From positions 62,001-126,000 of IMG/VR virus record IMGVR_UViG_3300022839_000006: 64,000 nucleotides of DNA. The stretch is one strand, 5' to 3'. The notes under the pieces are model-generated. The model had not been told where the DNA came from. It saw nothing but the letters and a program-made list of their open reading frames with translations, and did not search any database. Positions 46,374 through 57,000 of this stretch are shown here, one piece after another. Within the stretch, counting starts at the first letter, position 1. Each line of letters starts with the position of its first letter. The position numbers were made by a program, and so were the translations under genes.

Positions 46374-47999
46374 CTATTTATACTTCGTGGTTTCTATATT
46401 CTCTACGCGATCTGACAGTGTTTTAAAGCCGTCAATTAAGATGGCAATTAAAGGAATGTAATTCACATACTTCTTACCGGATGTATTTGTCACCAATTCA
46501 GGCAGTATTTGCTCAAGTTGCTGAGCAATTACACCGTAGCTTCTAACACCAGTTTCTTTCCAATCGAATGATATTGTTTCAATGCTATTAAGTATTGCAT
46601 TTGAATTGTAGATTTTATTTGGGTTATCTTTAAGTGTAATATCAGAGAGTGAATTGAATTCAGTAGCGTTTAGTGTTCCAGTCGAAGGGTTGTAGAATAA
46701 TTTTGTAGATGAAACAAACAGATCATCCGTGGCACCAGAAGTATTGTTTACAAACGTAATGTATCTCGTGTTGTCAGTTGCAACATCATCAGTTATTACA
46801 AGATCTGCTCCAGCGCCAGCACTTCCAGTAAATCCAACATTTCCCTGCGAACCTGTGAAGCCATTTGAACCAGAATATCCACTAGAACCACTAAAGCCAT
46901 CTTCTCCTTTTGATCCGGCAAAGCCTTGTGGGCCGACATCACTTACATTAATAACCCCTGCCATACTTGCGTGTATAGAACACTGGTAATATAGAGTACT
47001 TGGGGCATTGTATGGCAATCTAACGATCACTATCCCATTTTCAGCGCCATTATTAGTAACACCGTCATTATATTGACTGCCAGTACCGGTTACTTGTGCT
47101 GTCTTAATGTAAAACGGATGTCCCGGAGCTGCGACGTTGAAAGCATACGTAAACCCACGAATGAGATTCAAGGTCGGCTGAGATGCACCGTCAATGATAT
47201 AATTCGAAGAACCATTATTAGTTACTGTATATTCTCTTCTGCCTTCTATTCCAGCTGATCCTGTAAAACCTTGTGAACCTGTGAAGCCAAAAGATCCAGC
47301 AAACCCAGTTTCACCTTGGGAACCGGAGTAACCCAAGGAACCAGTAAAACCTACATCTCCTTGTGAACCAGTAAACCCAGTATCAGCCGCTTCGCCCGCA
47401 ACACCTTGCGAACCAGAATACCCCATATCACCTTTAGACCCGTCAAAGCCAGTTGTGCCTCGACTGCCTGTAAAACCAAACGAGCCAGTAAAACCAACAA
47501 GGCCCTGTGAACCCGTGTAACCCAATTCACCTTGTACACCCTGCGAGCCAGTATACCCAAAAGAACCAGTATACCCTACATCTCCTTGAGAGCCAGTATA
47601 ACCTTGAGAGCCAGTATAGCCGACGAAGCCGCCCTGTCCAGTCGAACCAGTAAACCCTTTACTTCCGGAATAACCTCGCGAGCCTGCATAACCCAAATCT
47701 CCTTGAGAGCCAGTAAAGCCAAACGAACCAGTAAAACCAACAATACCCTGAGAACCCGTATATCCTTGGGATCCATCAAATCCTGTAATACCTTGAGAGC
47801 CAACAAATCCAGTTTCGCCTTGAGAGCCAGTATAACCTTGAGAACCTGTATAGCCTTGAGAACCCGTATAACCTATAGAAGCAGCTTCGCCGGGAACACC
47901 TTGTGAACCTACGAAGCCAGCGCCTTGACTTCCCGTAAAGCCCCGAGAACCGTCAAACCCCTTATATGAACCACTTATAAAACTACTTAAAACTGTCAT
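46374..47999 (-). CDS. collagen-like fibre protein with inserted cupredoxin-like domain and S74 chaperone
   Basis: GFTGSQ repeats; GHPF...LYYQCSIHASM; SDITLKDN, YGVIAQ. Confidence 0.85.
   Translation of the reverse strand: MTVLSSFISGSYKGFDGSRGFTGSQGAGFVGSQGVPGEAASIGYTGSQGYTGSQGYTGSQGETGFVGSQGITGFDGSQGYTGSQGIVGFTGSFGFTGSQGDLGYAGSRGYSGSKGFTGSTGQGGFVGYTGSQGYTGSQGDVGYTGSFGYTGSQGVQGELGYTGSQGLVGFTGSFGFTGSRGTTGFDGSKGDMGYSGSQGVAGEAADTGFTGSQGDVGFTGSLGYSGSQGETGFAGSFGFTGSQGFTGSAGIEGRREYTVTNNGSSNYIIDGASQPTLNLIRGFTYAFNVAAPGHPFYIKTAQVTGTGSQYNDGVTNNGAENGIVIVRLPYNAPSTLYYQCSIHASMAGVINVSDVGPQGFAGSKGEDGFSGSSGYSGSNGFTGSQGNVGFTGSAGAGADLVITDDVATDNTRYITFVNNTSGATDDLFVSSTKLFYNPSTGTLNATEFNSLSDITLKDNPNKIYNSNAILNSIETISFDWKETGVRSYGVIAQQLEQILPELVTNTSGKKYVNYIPLIAILIDGFKTLSDRVENIETTKYK
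46375..46382 (-). promoter_or_regulatory. T4-type late promoter TATAAATA
   Basis: Exact consensus overlapping the upstream stop, ahead of propeller B. Confidence 0.75.
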
Positions 48000-48012
48000 T
48001 TACTTTACCTTG

Positions 48013-50052
48013 TTATACTAGGAAATTTCCGGTATTTGTTGATGGATACTCTCTAGTGTTATTTATATTCCCCCAGATTATGCGAACTGCGCCGGAGCTG
48101 CCGCCGTAGCCTGTGCCACCCAATGTAGTAGATGGTACGATGTTACTGTTCCATCCACTGCCGCCTTGCCCGCCACCGCCTGCAAATATCGGACCAACTG
48201 AGCCATTCCTTATAGCCCCACTGCCACTGACCGCACCAGATGTACCTTCTGCTATAATTCCAACCCGACCTCCATCGGATACGCTACCGGCTCTGTTTCC
48301 TCCAGCACCGCCGCCGCCAGTTCCAGCAGCCGCGACTGTTGGGCCAGGTGCATATCCTGCACCCGCGCCGCCGTCACCAGAATAACCGGCAGCGCCTCCA
48401 CCACCGCTGGGACTTCCGCCCAGTTCCTGGGTGGAGTGCTGTCCACCGTTGCCACCGTTGCCACCGCCAAGTCTTCCAGTACCACTAGACAAAATACTAC
48501 CAGAACCGTCAGGACCAATTGTACCGTATACGCCACCGCCTTCACCGCCACCTGCACCCAATAACGACGTGCCAGAAAAACTATCTCGTCTTATATAAGT
48601 AGACAGTCCGTCATTACCATGATTACCTTTGCCTATGCCAGCACCTGAACCAGTTCGATTGGCGCCACCAGAACCTACAGTAATGTAAAGAATCTCGCCA
48701 GGAGTGACACTGAATGTTCCATATGCGAGTGCACCGCCACCGCCACCACCACCACCGGACGTAGCATTTGTTGAAGTTCCTTTATTTACGCCACTGGCAC
48801 CACTACCACCGCCGCCTATAGCAACAGCAGACAACTCTGATATTCCCAAAGGCACAACAAACTCATATAGCGACTCGGTTTGCGAAGAACTCAATTGACC
48901 ATAATACACCTCTTCTGGCAGTGCTTTATTTTCTATTGTTACCTCATGTGAAACTGATCTTGTTTGGTTTCCGGCACTGTCGGTCGCGGCCAGTGTTATT
49001 CTGAAAATTTCAGCATCAGGTTCTACAACATAAACTGCGTATATACCGCTAAATGTAGCAGTAAGATCCCAGGTCGCCAAAAATTCGGAAGTGCTCAAAT
49101 CCCACGGTGTAAGCAATTTATATACGTGTACTTTACCAGAGTCATCAGACAAATACATTTTTGTGCCTAATAGTGGGTCCACAAACACATCAGACACACT
49201 AAATCCTACAGTAAGTGTATGTGAGAGAGTCCAGTTGTTGCATTGGTTTGCGACTCCGCTGTACTCCAACACTACAGTAGGTGATAGACTCGAGACGAAT
49301 GCCCTTGTACCATCACGGCTTACGGCAATCCCTGATGGAAGAGAAGTAGCAGCAGAAATATCGAGAGTTCTTGCAGGTGCGTCTGGAAAAAGTGGACTCC
49401 ATGCTGGAATATCATCTTGCAATATGGTCTGAATATCGCGATCTACTTGGAATAGTATTGTTCCTGTTTCATCTATCCACATCCCTTGATGGTTGCCGCC
49501 GGTACTCCCATAACTTCCTGTGACTGCGGTAGGATTTATTGTGCTGAGATTCCACTGATCTACGCTAGGGGCTGCAGTCAATGAATACTCTCTAAACTGA
49601 TCGTTCGTCGCATCTTGTAGCCACATTTTACTACCATCAGGCTTAAAAAACATGCCTAAGTTAGAACTTGATTCTACCTCGTTGTATGTTTCTTGTAATA
49701 CAGGGGAAGAAAGTTTTCTATCTGTTGAATATCTTTTGACAGTTTTGGATCCTAAACCAGAATCTCCTAGGACAAAAATAAGAGTATCATCATTTTGAGT
49801 TGTCGTTGTGGACAATTGAGCAGAATTGTTTGTCAAAGAAAACTGACCAGACAATGACGAAGTAATATCATTGCTATTAATACCATCGATGGTGTAATTT
49901 ACTGTAGTGCCATTTGCAAGAACTATGCCCTCGGCATCAAGTGTTATTGTAAATCCATTGCCTTCAGAAACCAATGCGGTAGAGCTTAATAAATTAAACC
50001 TTACCGACGCCAAGAAATTTGCCAATACCATGTGTAAATTGCCTATTGACAT
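48013..50052 (-). CDS. virion structural protein (Ig-like + propeller-like + glycine-rich domains)
   Basis: FFKPDGSKMW...WNLST and L.TPWDLST repeats; C-terminal GGGG-rich domain ending GAVRIIWG; likely start 50052. Confidence 0.72.
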   Translation of the reverse strand: MSIGNLHMVLANFLASVRFNLLSSTALVSEGNGFTITLDAEGIVLANGTTVNYTIDGINSNDITSSLSGQFSLTNNSAQLSTTTTQNDDTLIFVLGDSGLGSKTVKRYSTDRKLSSPVLQETYNEVESSSNLGMFFKPDGSKMWLQDATNDQFREYSLTAAPSVDQWNLSTINPTAVTGSYGSTGGNHQGMWIDETGTILFQVDRDIQTILQDDIPAWSPLFPDAPARTLDISAATSLPSGIAVSRDGTRAFVSSLSPTVVLEYSGVANQCNNWTLSHTLTVGFSVSDVFVDPLLGTKMYLSDDSGKVHVYKLLTPWDLSTSEFLATWDLTATFSGIYAVYVVEPDAEIFRITLAATDSAGNQTRSVSHEVTIENKALPEEVYYGQLSSSQTESLYEFVVPLGISELSAVAIGGGGSGASGVNKGTSTNATSGGGGGGGGALAYGTFSVTPGEILYITVGSGGANRTGSGAGIGKGNHGNDGLSTYIRRDSFSGTSLLGAGGGEGGGVYGTIGPDGSGSILSSGTGRLGGGNGGNGGQHSTQELGGSPSGGGGAAGYSGDGGAGAGYAPGPTVAAAGTGGGGAGGNRAGSVSDGGRVGIIAEGTSGAVSGSGAIRNGSVGPIFAGGGGQGGSGWNSNIVPSTTLGGTGYGGSSGAVRIIWGNINNTREYPSTNTGNFLV

Positions 50053-51980
50053 TAGAATATAGCCCCACCCACAACACACTTATTAGTATCAACAAACAAC
50101 ACAGTACATATTCCTCTTGTAGCTAAGGTAACAGAAGACACGTTGGTATTTACACCGGATATATATGCAGTAGCAACAGAGCATGTAATTGTTGCATTTC
50201 CTGTAGTATCGTTATAGATGGTAATTACATCGCCAGGCGAAAACACGCTATTTGGAATTGTAATACTTCCACCAGTTCCTATCGAAACGTATTCGCCTTT
50301 GTCTGCAATCGCTAAGGTATATGATGTCGTTTTATCTGTGCCTGCACTTGGTACTGTATTTACACCTTGCGAGCCTGTAAAGCCGATGGACCCCTGTGAA
50401 CCTGCAAAGCCTGTAGAGCCTGTATTACCGCTTGAGCCTTGAGAACCTGAAAATCCACGAGAACCTGTGAAGCCTGCAACAGTACTTGCCTCACCTGCAG
50501 GTCCCTGAGATCCGGAAAACCCACGAGAACCTGTAAAGCCTGTATCAGCTACAGCTCCTTCTATTCCTTGTGCACCACGGGAACCTGTAAAACCTATATC
50601 GCCTTTTGAACCTGTATAACCAATTGCGTCAGCTGCGCCCGGAATACCTTGCGAGCCTGTATACCCAAGATCGCCCCCAGATCCTGTATAACCAATTGTG
50701 CCGAAAGAACCTTGCTCTCCTTGAGAGCCAGTGTATCCGATTGCTTCTGCTGCCCCAGGGACACCTTGCGAACCTGTATAACCAACTGCGTCAGCTGCGC
50801 CTGGAATACCACGGGAACCTGTAAAACCTACATCGCCTTTCGATCCTGTATAACCAATTGCATCAGCTGCGCCTGGAACACCTTGTGAACCAGTAAAGCC
50901 GATGTTGCCCCTAGATCCATCATATCCTGTGCCAGCAGAGCCTGTAAATCCAACAGGGCCCTGGTTTCCGACGTTGGCATAAAGCTGCCAAGTAGATCCG
51001 TCCCATGCAAAATCTACACGGACATTAGGAAGATCAATAACAAGGTCTTGAGCAGAACCTTCAATTGTGTTGCCATTGCCATCTACAATTAAGTTGAAAG
51101 TCTGAAAACTACTTCCGTCTGCAATCGTTATGACACTGCCTTCTTCTGGGTTGAGAGGAAAAAATATCGTAAATGTGCCGCCGCTAGTATCTGCAATAAT
51201 ACCATCTTGGTTGATCGCTGTGTAGTTTGATGTCTTTCTTGCCCAATTAAGAGTAGCATTCAGTCCAGCAGATCCTGTAAAGCCAAAAGATCCTGCAAAT
51301 CCCTGTGAGCCTGTGAAGCCACGGGAGCCATCATATCCACGAGATCCTGTAAAACCAATAGCACCGAAAGATCCAACAGATCCTGTAAAGCCTTGAGAGC
51401 CAGTAAAGCCAAACGAACCAGTGAAACCACGAGATCCTGTAAAACCACGAGATCCTGTAAAACCACGAGATCCTGAAAAGCCCCGAGATCCATCAAATCC
51501 TGTTGAGCCTGAGAAACCTTGTGAACCTGTGTATCCAAACGAGCCCGTATAGCCAATAGAACCTGTAAAACCGGTTGGGCCCAAGATAGGTCCTATCACG
51601 TTGAATTCAGATCCGTTCCACACGTAAAGAATTGCTTCATCTTCTACAAAGTATGCTGTGTTTGTCTCGTTGCCTACAGTAGGAAGGTCATTGGCAGTGG
51701 GTACTGCGTCTTCGAACGTAAAGCCCTCTCCTCTTTCGCCGCGAGAACCTGTGAAACCACGAGAACCTGTAAAACCAAACGAACCTGTGAAGCCGCGGGA
51801 ACCTGTGAAACCAGAACTAACAGGCAGCCAAATATATCCATCCGATGCGTAAATTACATCATCATCGCCATAAACCATTGCTCCACGGTATACGGCCGGG
51901 TCCAGACCGATCGGTGTTGGTTGAGGCAACCCGTGTGACAGAAGCTGCGTTCTACCTCGTGTTGTTTTAAACGACATCAT
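50052..51980 (-). CDS. collagen-like fibre protein with interspersed beta domains
   Basis: GFTGSR/Q repeats alternating with globular inserts (ADTSGG.FTI..P..P, LATRG.CT.LF). Confidence 0.85.
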   Translation of the reverse strand: MMSFKTTRGRTQLLSHGLPQPTPIGLDPAVYRGAMVYGDDDVIYASDGYIWLPVSSGFTGSRGFTGSFGFTGSRGFTGSRGERGEGFTFEDAVPTANDLPTVGNETNTAYFVEDEAILYVWNGSEFNVIGPILGPTGFTGSIGYTGSFGYTGSQGFSGSTGFDGSRGFSGSRGFTGSRGFTGSRGFTGSFGFTGSQGFTGSVGSFGAIGFTGSRGYDGSRGFTGSQGFAGSFGFTGSAGLNATLNWARKTSNYTAINQDGIIADTSGGTFTIFFPLNPEEGSVITIADGSSFQTFNLIVDGNGNTIEGSAQDLVIDLPNVRVDFAWDGSTWQLYANVGNQGPVGFTGSAGTGYDGSRGNIGFTGSQGVPGAADAIGYTGSKGDVGFTGSRGIPGAADAVGYTGSQGVPGAAEAIGYTGSQGEQGSFGTIGYTGSGGDLGYTGSQGIPGAADAIGYTGSKGDIGFTGSRGAQGIEGAVADTGFTGSRGFSGSQGPAGEASTVAGFTGSRGFSGSQGSSGNTGSTGFAGSQGSIGFTGSQGVNTVPSAGTDKTTSYTLAIADKGEYVSIGTGGSITIPNSVFSPGDVITIYNDTTGNATITCSVATAYISGVNTNVSSVTLATRGICTVLFVDTNKCVVGGAIF

Positions 51981-52413
51981 CTTGCTCCGCTTGTCCTACG
52001 GTATATGAAATTGTTATGTCGATTGCACCATTGACAGATGCAAGAACATCCAACGTATCTCCCCTAAAGATGAACTGACCGTTCAGTGGAATTGGTATCA
52101 TGTCATTTACTGGAATCGGCACATCCTTCATAACAAAGAAATATGTCCCTGTATTGTTGCCCAAGTCTTCTTGATTTTCTCTGTAGATGCGAATACTCAC
52201 TGTTGCGGTTGCTGCTGAAAAGTTAGAAATAAGAAGAGGGCTGATAATTTCCCCGACGCCAGGAACAATATCAACTCCGCCACCGAATGACTGTTGCGGA
52301 ACTTCGTATGAAGGAACTTCAATAATTGAAACCCAGTCTGTAGTAAGTGTTGTACTAAAAGCAACGGGTTTCGCGTCTGGAGCTTGACTTGTGATAATTA
52401 GCTGTGTTGTCAT
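51967..52413 (-). CDS. small structural protein
   Basis: Beta-rich 148 aa, overlapping both neighbours. Confidence 0.7.
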   Translation of the reverse strand: MTTQLIITSQAPDAKPVAFSTTLTTDWVSIIEVPSYEVPQQSFGGGVDIVPGVGEIISPLLISNFSAATATVSIRIYRENQEDLGNNTGTYFFVMKDVPIPVNDMIPIPLNGQFIFRGDTLDVLASVNGAIDITISYTVGQAEQDDVV

Positions 52414-55337
52414 AGTGTTGTCCTACTGTTAGCGGCTCTTCTAGCCAATCTTCTTACTGATGATGTGAAGGGGCGACCTTCAAGTCGCCCGGTTCTTCCG
52501 TTAATTTTCAAACCTCTCGCAAAATACTGGTTATTAAGTTCGTCAGCACCTGACCAACGGACTCTACCAAGATCTTCTTGGAGAACAGAACCGCTTGCTG
52601 CAAGCGGAGTTCCCACTCTTCTGAAGTTCAACGGAAGAGCGTTCGTGTTAACACCAGCGCCAGCAAGGTTGAACTGATGACCAATAGATTCAATTAGACT
52701 TCCGAATTGTAATTTTTTAGGTTTCAATAGTGTTGTTTTAAGTAATATAAACAACTCGTCCAGCATAACGAGTTCTGGCGTTGTCAATGTCACGTTATTT
52801 ACTATATATTCTTCTATTTTTCCATATGCAAATACAAACGAATCTAAGACTGATGTGTTGTTCGGACCGTCATTTATCCATGCAGAACCGCTCCAGTAAT
52901 ATATATTTCCTTCATAGTAATTATTAACTGTCACTGCAACAATATATGCATCATTTACATTAGGCAGAAGAACACTTTCGTCAAGAGAAGCAATGCTGAA
53001 AAGACTTTTAATATATGTCAAGCCATCTGTTACTGGGTTGAATACTCTGAAAACATGATCTCCCTTATAATCGAAAAATCCAGCTGCATAGTTTCGAATT
53101 GGTGATTGATTGCCAGATTGGAAGTCATACACAAGAGAAGTTATAAGATTCCCGGTATCCCTTCTAGTAAAGATTTCATCAATGAAGTTATATTCAAGAT
53201 TGATATAAACTGCTGTGTCAATTTTAATTTTCTCTGCGTCAGCCTCGATCAGTTCTTTACTTTCGATGAAGTTGGATGCAACCCAATCGAAATCTGGTTC
53301 AAATCCAAGTGCAAGTGCGCCAAGAGTATTTTGTTTAATTACAGTTGATATAATACCTGTTAGCCGTGCACATAGCAGAGCTTCTACGTCCGATGCAACA
53401 TTGCCTGATATTACCTGAGTAGGTAATGTGCCAACAACCGCAAGTGCACATTGGCTGCCTAGGTATTCGATAGCTGCGGCAGTGGATGCTCTCTGATCAG
53501 CGGGCAATTGACTCGAAGATCCAAGAAAATAAGCTTGTGCATTGACTATAGAAGCAAGGTTGCCACCGTAGTTTAAATCGTGTGAAAGCGCATCAATGAT
53601 GTACCCAGTATCTCTAACACACGTGGCTGTGTTATACGATATAGAAGGATGATTCGTACCAATCCAACTTATTACGCTATCTATAATCAGAGATCTGTTT
53701 GCTAGCAATTGAGTTCTTGCACTTACTTGATTTGGCACACCAGAATCTGCGAAAGTGAGGACATTTGCATTTGCACTTCCGTTTACTAATATGTCAAGCG
53801 TTTCATCAAAAGAAGCGTTTGATCTTGTTATGCTTGGAGCATCAGTTAGAAGTGCAGCAACTGCATTCCTAGCATATACAATTCCACCAACAGTTTCCTC
53901 TAACTGATCAGTAATTACAAGGGCGGACATTGCTCTTCTGTATGATATACCATTTACTATTGACCAATAGTTCGTATCAAGAGTAATATCTCTTCCCACA
54001 CCATCTAGTATATAACCAATGTCTCTTTTGCACTTAGTTGAATCATAACCTTGGTAGCCTAGATCAGAAACAAGCGCGTCCCATACATAATCAGTGATGT
54101 CGTCTTTAATTGCCGTTATGTCAGCAGCGGCCTGTTCGCCTACGACCATAAGGTCTGTGTCTGACACCTCGAAAGGATCTACTACAAACGTCGAACCTTT
54201 CGAGCGCATTGATATGTCGCCGAATTGAGTGCCTGAGTTGTTTAATGTAACCTGGCCGCCATTGAGTGCGAAGAATGCACATCTCTGGAATATTGTGATA
54301 GAACCAATTCCGTTAATACCAGCGCCATTCTTAGCAACATATCCTAGCCCGTTTGGCGAGCGAGGAGTAGCACCAAAAGCAAGCATGTATGGGAATATTG
54401 AATTTTGATTTAATACTGATCTGTCTGCAAGAAGCATGCCGCCGCCACGGCCGACCAATGAGTTAGGATGGTCAGTACCGCCAAGATCACTAATTCCGCC
54501 TAGACTGTTTGTTGGATTTAAAGGGGCAGCAATTGTTTTGCGTCTATAGTTTGAAATTTGACTACTATCTCTTATATAAGGAGATCGAAGAATAAGAGCA
54601 CCAGGTCTATATGCTACTGCAAATCCCTTAGTAGGGTTATCAAAACTGTCAACTTGCTGGCCTATAAATGCAAACCCTTGCACATAGCATCCAGATCCAA
54701 CTAGGAAGACATTGTTTACTTCATAACCTTCTTGCATAATGATATTTGTTGCGTACTGGCCGTTTGTGGAGACGACAGAGCAGTCGTCTGGTAACGCCAA
54801 ATTGCCTTTTGTGTAGTAACTACCTGGAAGTACAGATATTGCTACAGGAGTCAAGCTACGCTGTGCTGCAGCAAAGCCATCTTCAAGTGTGTTGTAGGGC
54901 TTCATGTAACTTCCGTTGGCGGAAGTTGCGGAATATCCATCAGCTGAAATGTACACTTTTGTAGTTTTCTTGAATTCGTCAGCAATGCTAGCTGTCAAGT
55001 CAGCCCAAGAAAAAGATACAATGGTATCGGCTGACTGGTCTTTTAGCAGGAAATGATCATCTTCAGCAACAGTATCGGTTAGGACAGGAAGATTTGAAAA
55101 TGTCGGGTTTAAAATATCAATAACATCGAATGACGAGTTTCTTATGGTAACATTAGATATGTCACCGCCTGTAATATTAATATCAGAAAAATCTTCTTGC
55201 TGTATAGCGTTTACAAGTTCTTTTCGTGTAATGTTCTTAGTACCAAGATCACCAGCTTCTACATCAACTGTAACAAACAAATCGTTGGTTTTTGTTTGAA
55301 TACCGGCCTTTGGTAATAACTCAGAGATTTTTGACAT
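52410..55337 (-). CDS. large virion structural protein (beta-helix-like region plus helical C.RD.GY repeats)
   Basis: KISEL start, PY.T...A..PG.Y, RSPYI, KCKRDIGY and TCVRDTGY repeats. Confidence 0.75.
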   Translation of the reverse strand: MSKISELLPKAGIQTKTNDLFVTVDVEAGDLGTKNITRKELVNAIQQEDFSDINITGGDISNVTIRNSSFDVIDILNPTFSNLPVLTDTVAEDDHFLLKDQSADTIVSFSWADLTASIADEFKKTTKVYISADGYSATSANGSYMKPYNTLEDGFAAAQRSLTPVAISVLPGSYYTKGNLALPDDCSVVSTNGQYATNIIMQEGYEVNNVFLVGSGCYVQGFAFIGQQVDSFDNPTKGFAVAYRPGALILRSPYIRDSSQISNYRRKTIAAPLNPTNSLGGISDLGGTDHPNSLVGRGGGMLLADRSVLNQNSIFPYMLAFGATPRSPNGLGYVAKNGAGINGIGSITIFQRCAFFALNGGQVTLNNSGTQFGDISMRSKGSTFVVDPFEVSDTDLMVVGEQAAADITAIKDDITDYVWDALVSDLGYQGYDSTKCKRDIGYILDGVGRDITLDTNYWSIVNGISYRRAMSALVITDQLEETVGGIVYARNAVAALLTDAPSITRSNASFDETLDILVNGSANANVLTFADSGVPNQVSARTQLLANRSLIIDSVISWIGTNHPSISYNTATCVRDTGYIIDALSHDLNYGGNLASIVNAQAYFLGSSSQLPADQRASTAAAIEYLGSQCALAVVGTLPTQVISGNVASDVEALLCARLTGIISTVIKQNTLGALALGFEPDFDWVASNFIESKELIEADAEKIKIDTAVYINLEYNFIDEIFTRRDTGNLITSLVYDFQSGNQSPIRNYAAGFFDYKGDHVFRVFNPVTDGLTYIKSLFSIASLDESVLLPNVNDAYIVAVTVNNYYEGNIYYWSGSAWINDGPNNTSVLDSFVFAYGKIEEYIVNNVTLTTPELVMLDELFILLKTTLLKPKKLQFGSLIESIGHQFNLAGAGVNTNALPLNFRRVGTPLAASGSVLQEDLGRVRWSGADELNNQYFARGLKINGRTGRLEGRPFTSSVRRLARRAANSRTTL

Positions 55338-55477
55338 AGTCTGCCTTTTCCATGTGGTGTTATTTGATTCTATTTATACTTTTTGAGTTGACAGAAATGT
55401 GTTGACCTAGTCTGCCTTATCCATGCGGTGTCATTTGATTCTATTTATACGTTTGAGTTGACAGAAATGTGTTGACA
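55331..55477. repeat. ~70-bp tandem duplication, each copy with a late promoter (TATAAATA at 55371-55378 and 55442-55449, - strand)
   Basis: ttgac.tagtctgcctt.tccatg.ggtgt.atttgattctatttatac...tttgagttgacagaaatgtg occurs twice. Confidence 0.92.
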
Positions 55478-55530
55478 TGCTTCAAAGTGAGTGGTATAAT
55501 GGATTTATCCCCTATAATATGATAGAGTGT
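55472..55530 (+). promoter_or_regulatory. antisense sigma70 consensus promoter element
   Basis: TTGACA(55472)-17-TATAAT(55495), then ggatttatcc.ctata as at 35297. Confidence 0.78.
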
Positions 55531-55563
55531 GTGTAGGTCCGTTGTAGTGGAATTCTTAGAGAT

Positions 55564-57000
55564 TTAAGGGAATGTAGGATCGACAGGTGCAGTTGGTGAC
55601 AACTGTGTCTTTGTTCCACTTCCGTTAAGTGGAACTGTAAGAGTAGCATTTTTTGAGAAAGTATAAGAGTTGCCATTAAACGATATTTCCGCGTAGCCCT
55701 GCCTTGCAGGCGCACCCGAATATCTAAAGTCGTGACCTTGTCCACCAGCGCCCAGTTTAATTTTTATTGTGTCGCCTATGTTGACATTAATCGTGCCCGA
55801 CACGATTTTACCTGCCTCGCCGCCACGTCCTCCATTGCCACTGGAATCAAAAGTACTAGGGCTGTCACCACCACCACCGCCGCCCCCAGATCCCCAAGCG
55901 CCAGCTCCAGGTGAACTGCCCCTTTGTTTTAAGCCACCGCGTCTACCGCCCGTGTTTGGAAACCAACCAGATTTTCCATCCATTTGGGTAAGATCATTAT
56001 AGCTATTCGCAAATGATCGACCAGCTGTTCCTCCCGCGGCAGTTTTCTTTACTGTGTTGTTAATCGCAAAGGTAGAACTTCCGCCAGGAGCAGGATATAT
56101 GCCAGCGCCAGCGCCACCGTCATCTTCTCTGCCAGCACCTCCACCACCACCGCCTCCTATAATTTTATAGGTTACAGTATAAAAAGTAGGCAGTGCTGGT
56201 CGTACTGCAATAAATACATTTGCTGATCTACTAACTGATTGAGTTACGTTGCCTGCATATGTGGCGGTAACAGTAGTATTTGTTGCAAGCAATTGGTAAT
56301 TAGTGGTTGATGTAGCACCACTTCCTGAATATGTTGGAGATACAGATCTCGTGCCAGTTGAAGATACGGTCCCAATTCCTACTAATTCAACTTTGGTCGC
56401 ACCTGTAACACTCCACGATAGAGTAGCACTGTCACCTGAATATATAGTGGCAGGGCTTCTAGAAAATGTGATGCTGGGTGCAACAGGAGGTGTGATAGAT
56501 TCATCAAGTATCACAACAGTAGATGATGTTGATACTATAGTACCAGATACCGAGCCAGTTCTTAGTTGAATATTAAATGACTGAGTGCCCTCTGTTAACA
56601 GATCCTTTTTAAGTGTCCTTGTAAATTGTGCAGCGTTGTTAACAATAGTAATAGAACCCGTTAGAGCAGAATCAGTAAAATCTGCTGCTGTTGCAGAACC
56701 AGATGTTGACCAATACAATTTGGTGCCGTCTACTATAGCGGTAGTTCTGACTTGGAAAGTTGCAGTGGAACCTTCTGGGATTGAACCTGCCGAAGTCACA
56801 ACACTAAACGATTCGTTTACTGAACCATAAAAATTAGAGAAAAGAATTCTGCCAGATGTTGGTATATTAATATTTTCTGTGCCACTAGGAACACGGACAC
56901 CGCTGCGATAGTATTCACTTACATCATGAGGTGCAGTTCCGCCAAACTCTGCTACTACGTCCGCGCTTAAACCCAGAGCTCCAGCCGATTTAATTACCAT
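55564..57000 (-). CDS. glycine-rich fibre tip/adhesin-like structural protein
   Basis: G.L.LS.DV.AEFGG..PH..SEYYR N-terminus, Ig-like domains, GGGGG-rich C-domain. Confidence 0.75.
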   Translation of the reverse strand: MVIKSAGALGLSADVVAEFGGTAPHDVSEYYRSGVRVPSGTENINIPTSGRILFSNFYGSVNESFSVVTSAGSIPEGSTATFQVRTTAIVDGTKLYWSTSGSATAADFTDSALTGSITIVNNAAQFTRTLKKDLLTEGTQSFNIQLRTGSVSGTIVSTSSTVVILDESITPPVAPSITFSRSPATIYSGDSATLSWSVTGATKVELVGIGTVSSTGTRSVSPTYSGSGATSTTNYQLLATNTTVTATYAGNVTQSVSRSANVFIAVRPALPTFYTVTYKIIGGGGGGGAGREDDGGAGAGIYPAPGGSSTFAINNTVKKTAAGGTAGRSFANSYNDLTQMDGKSGWFPNTGGRRGGLKQRGSSPGAGAWGSGGGGGGGDSPSTFDSSGNGGRGGEAGKIVSGTINVNIGDTIKIKLGAGGQGHDFRYSGAPARQGYAEISFNGNSYTFSKNATLTVPLNGSGTKTQLSPTAPVDPTFP

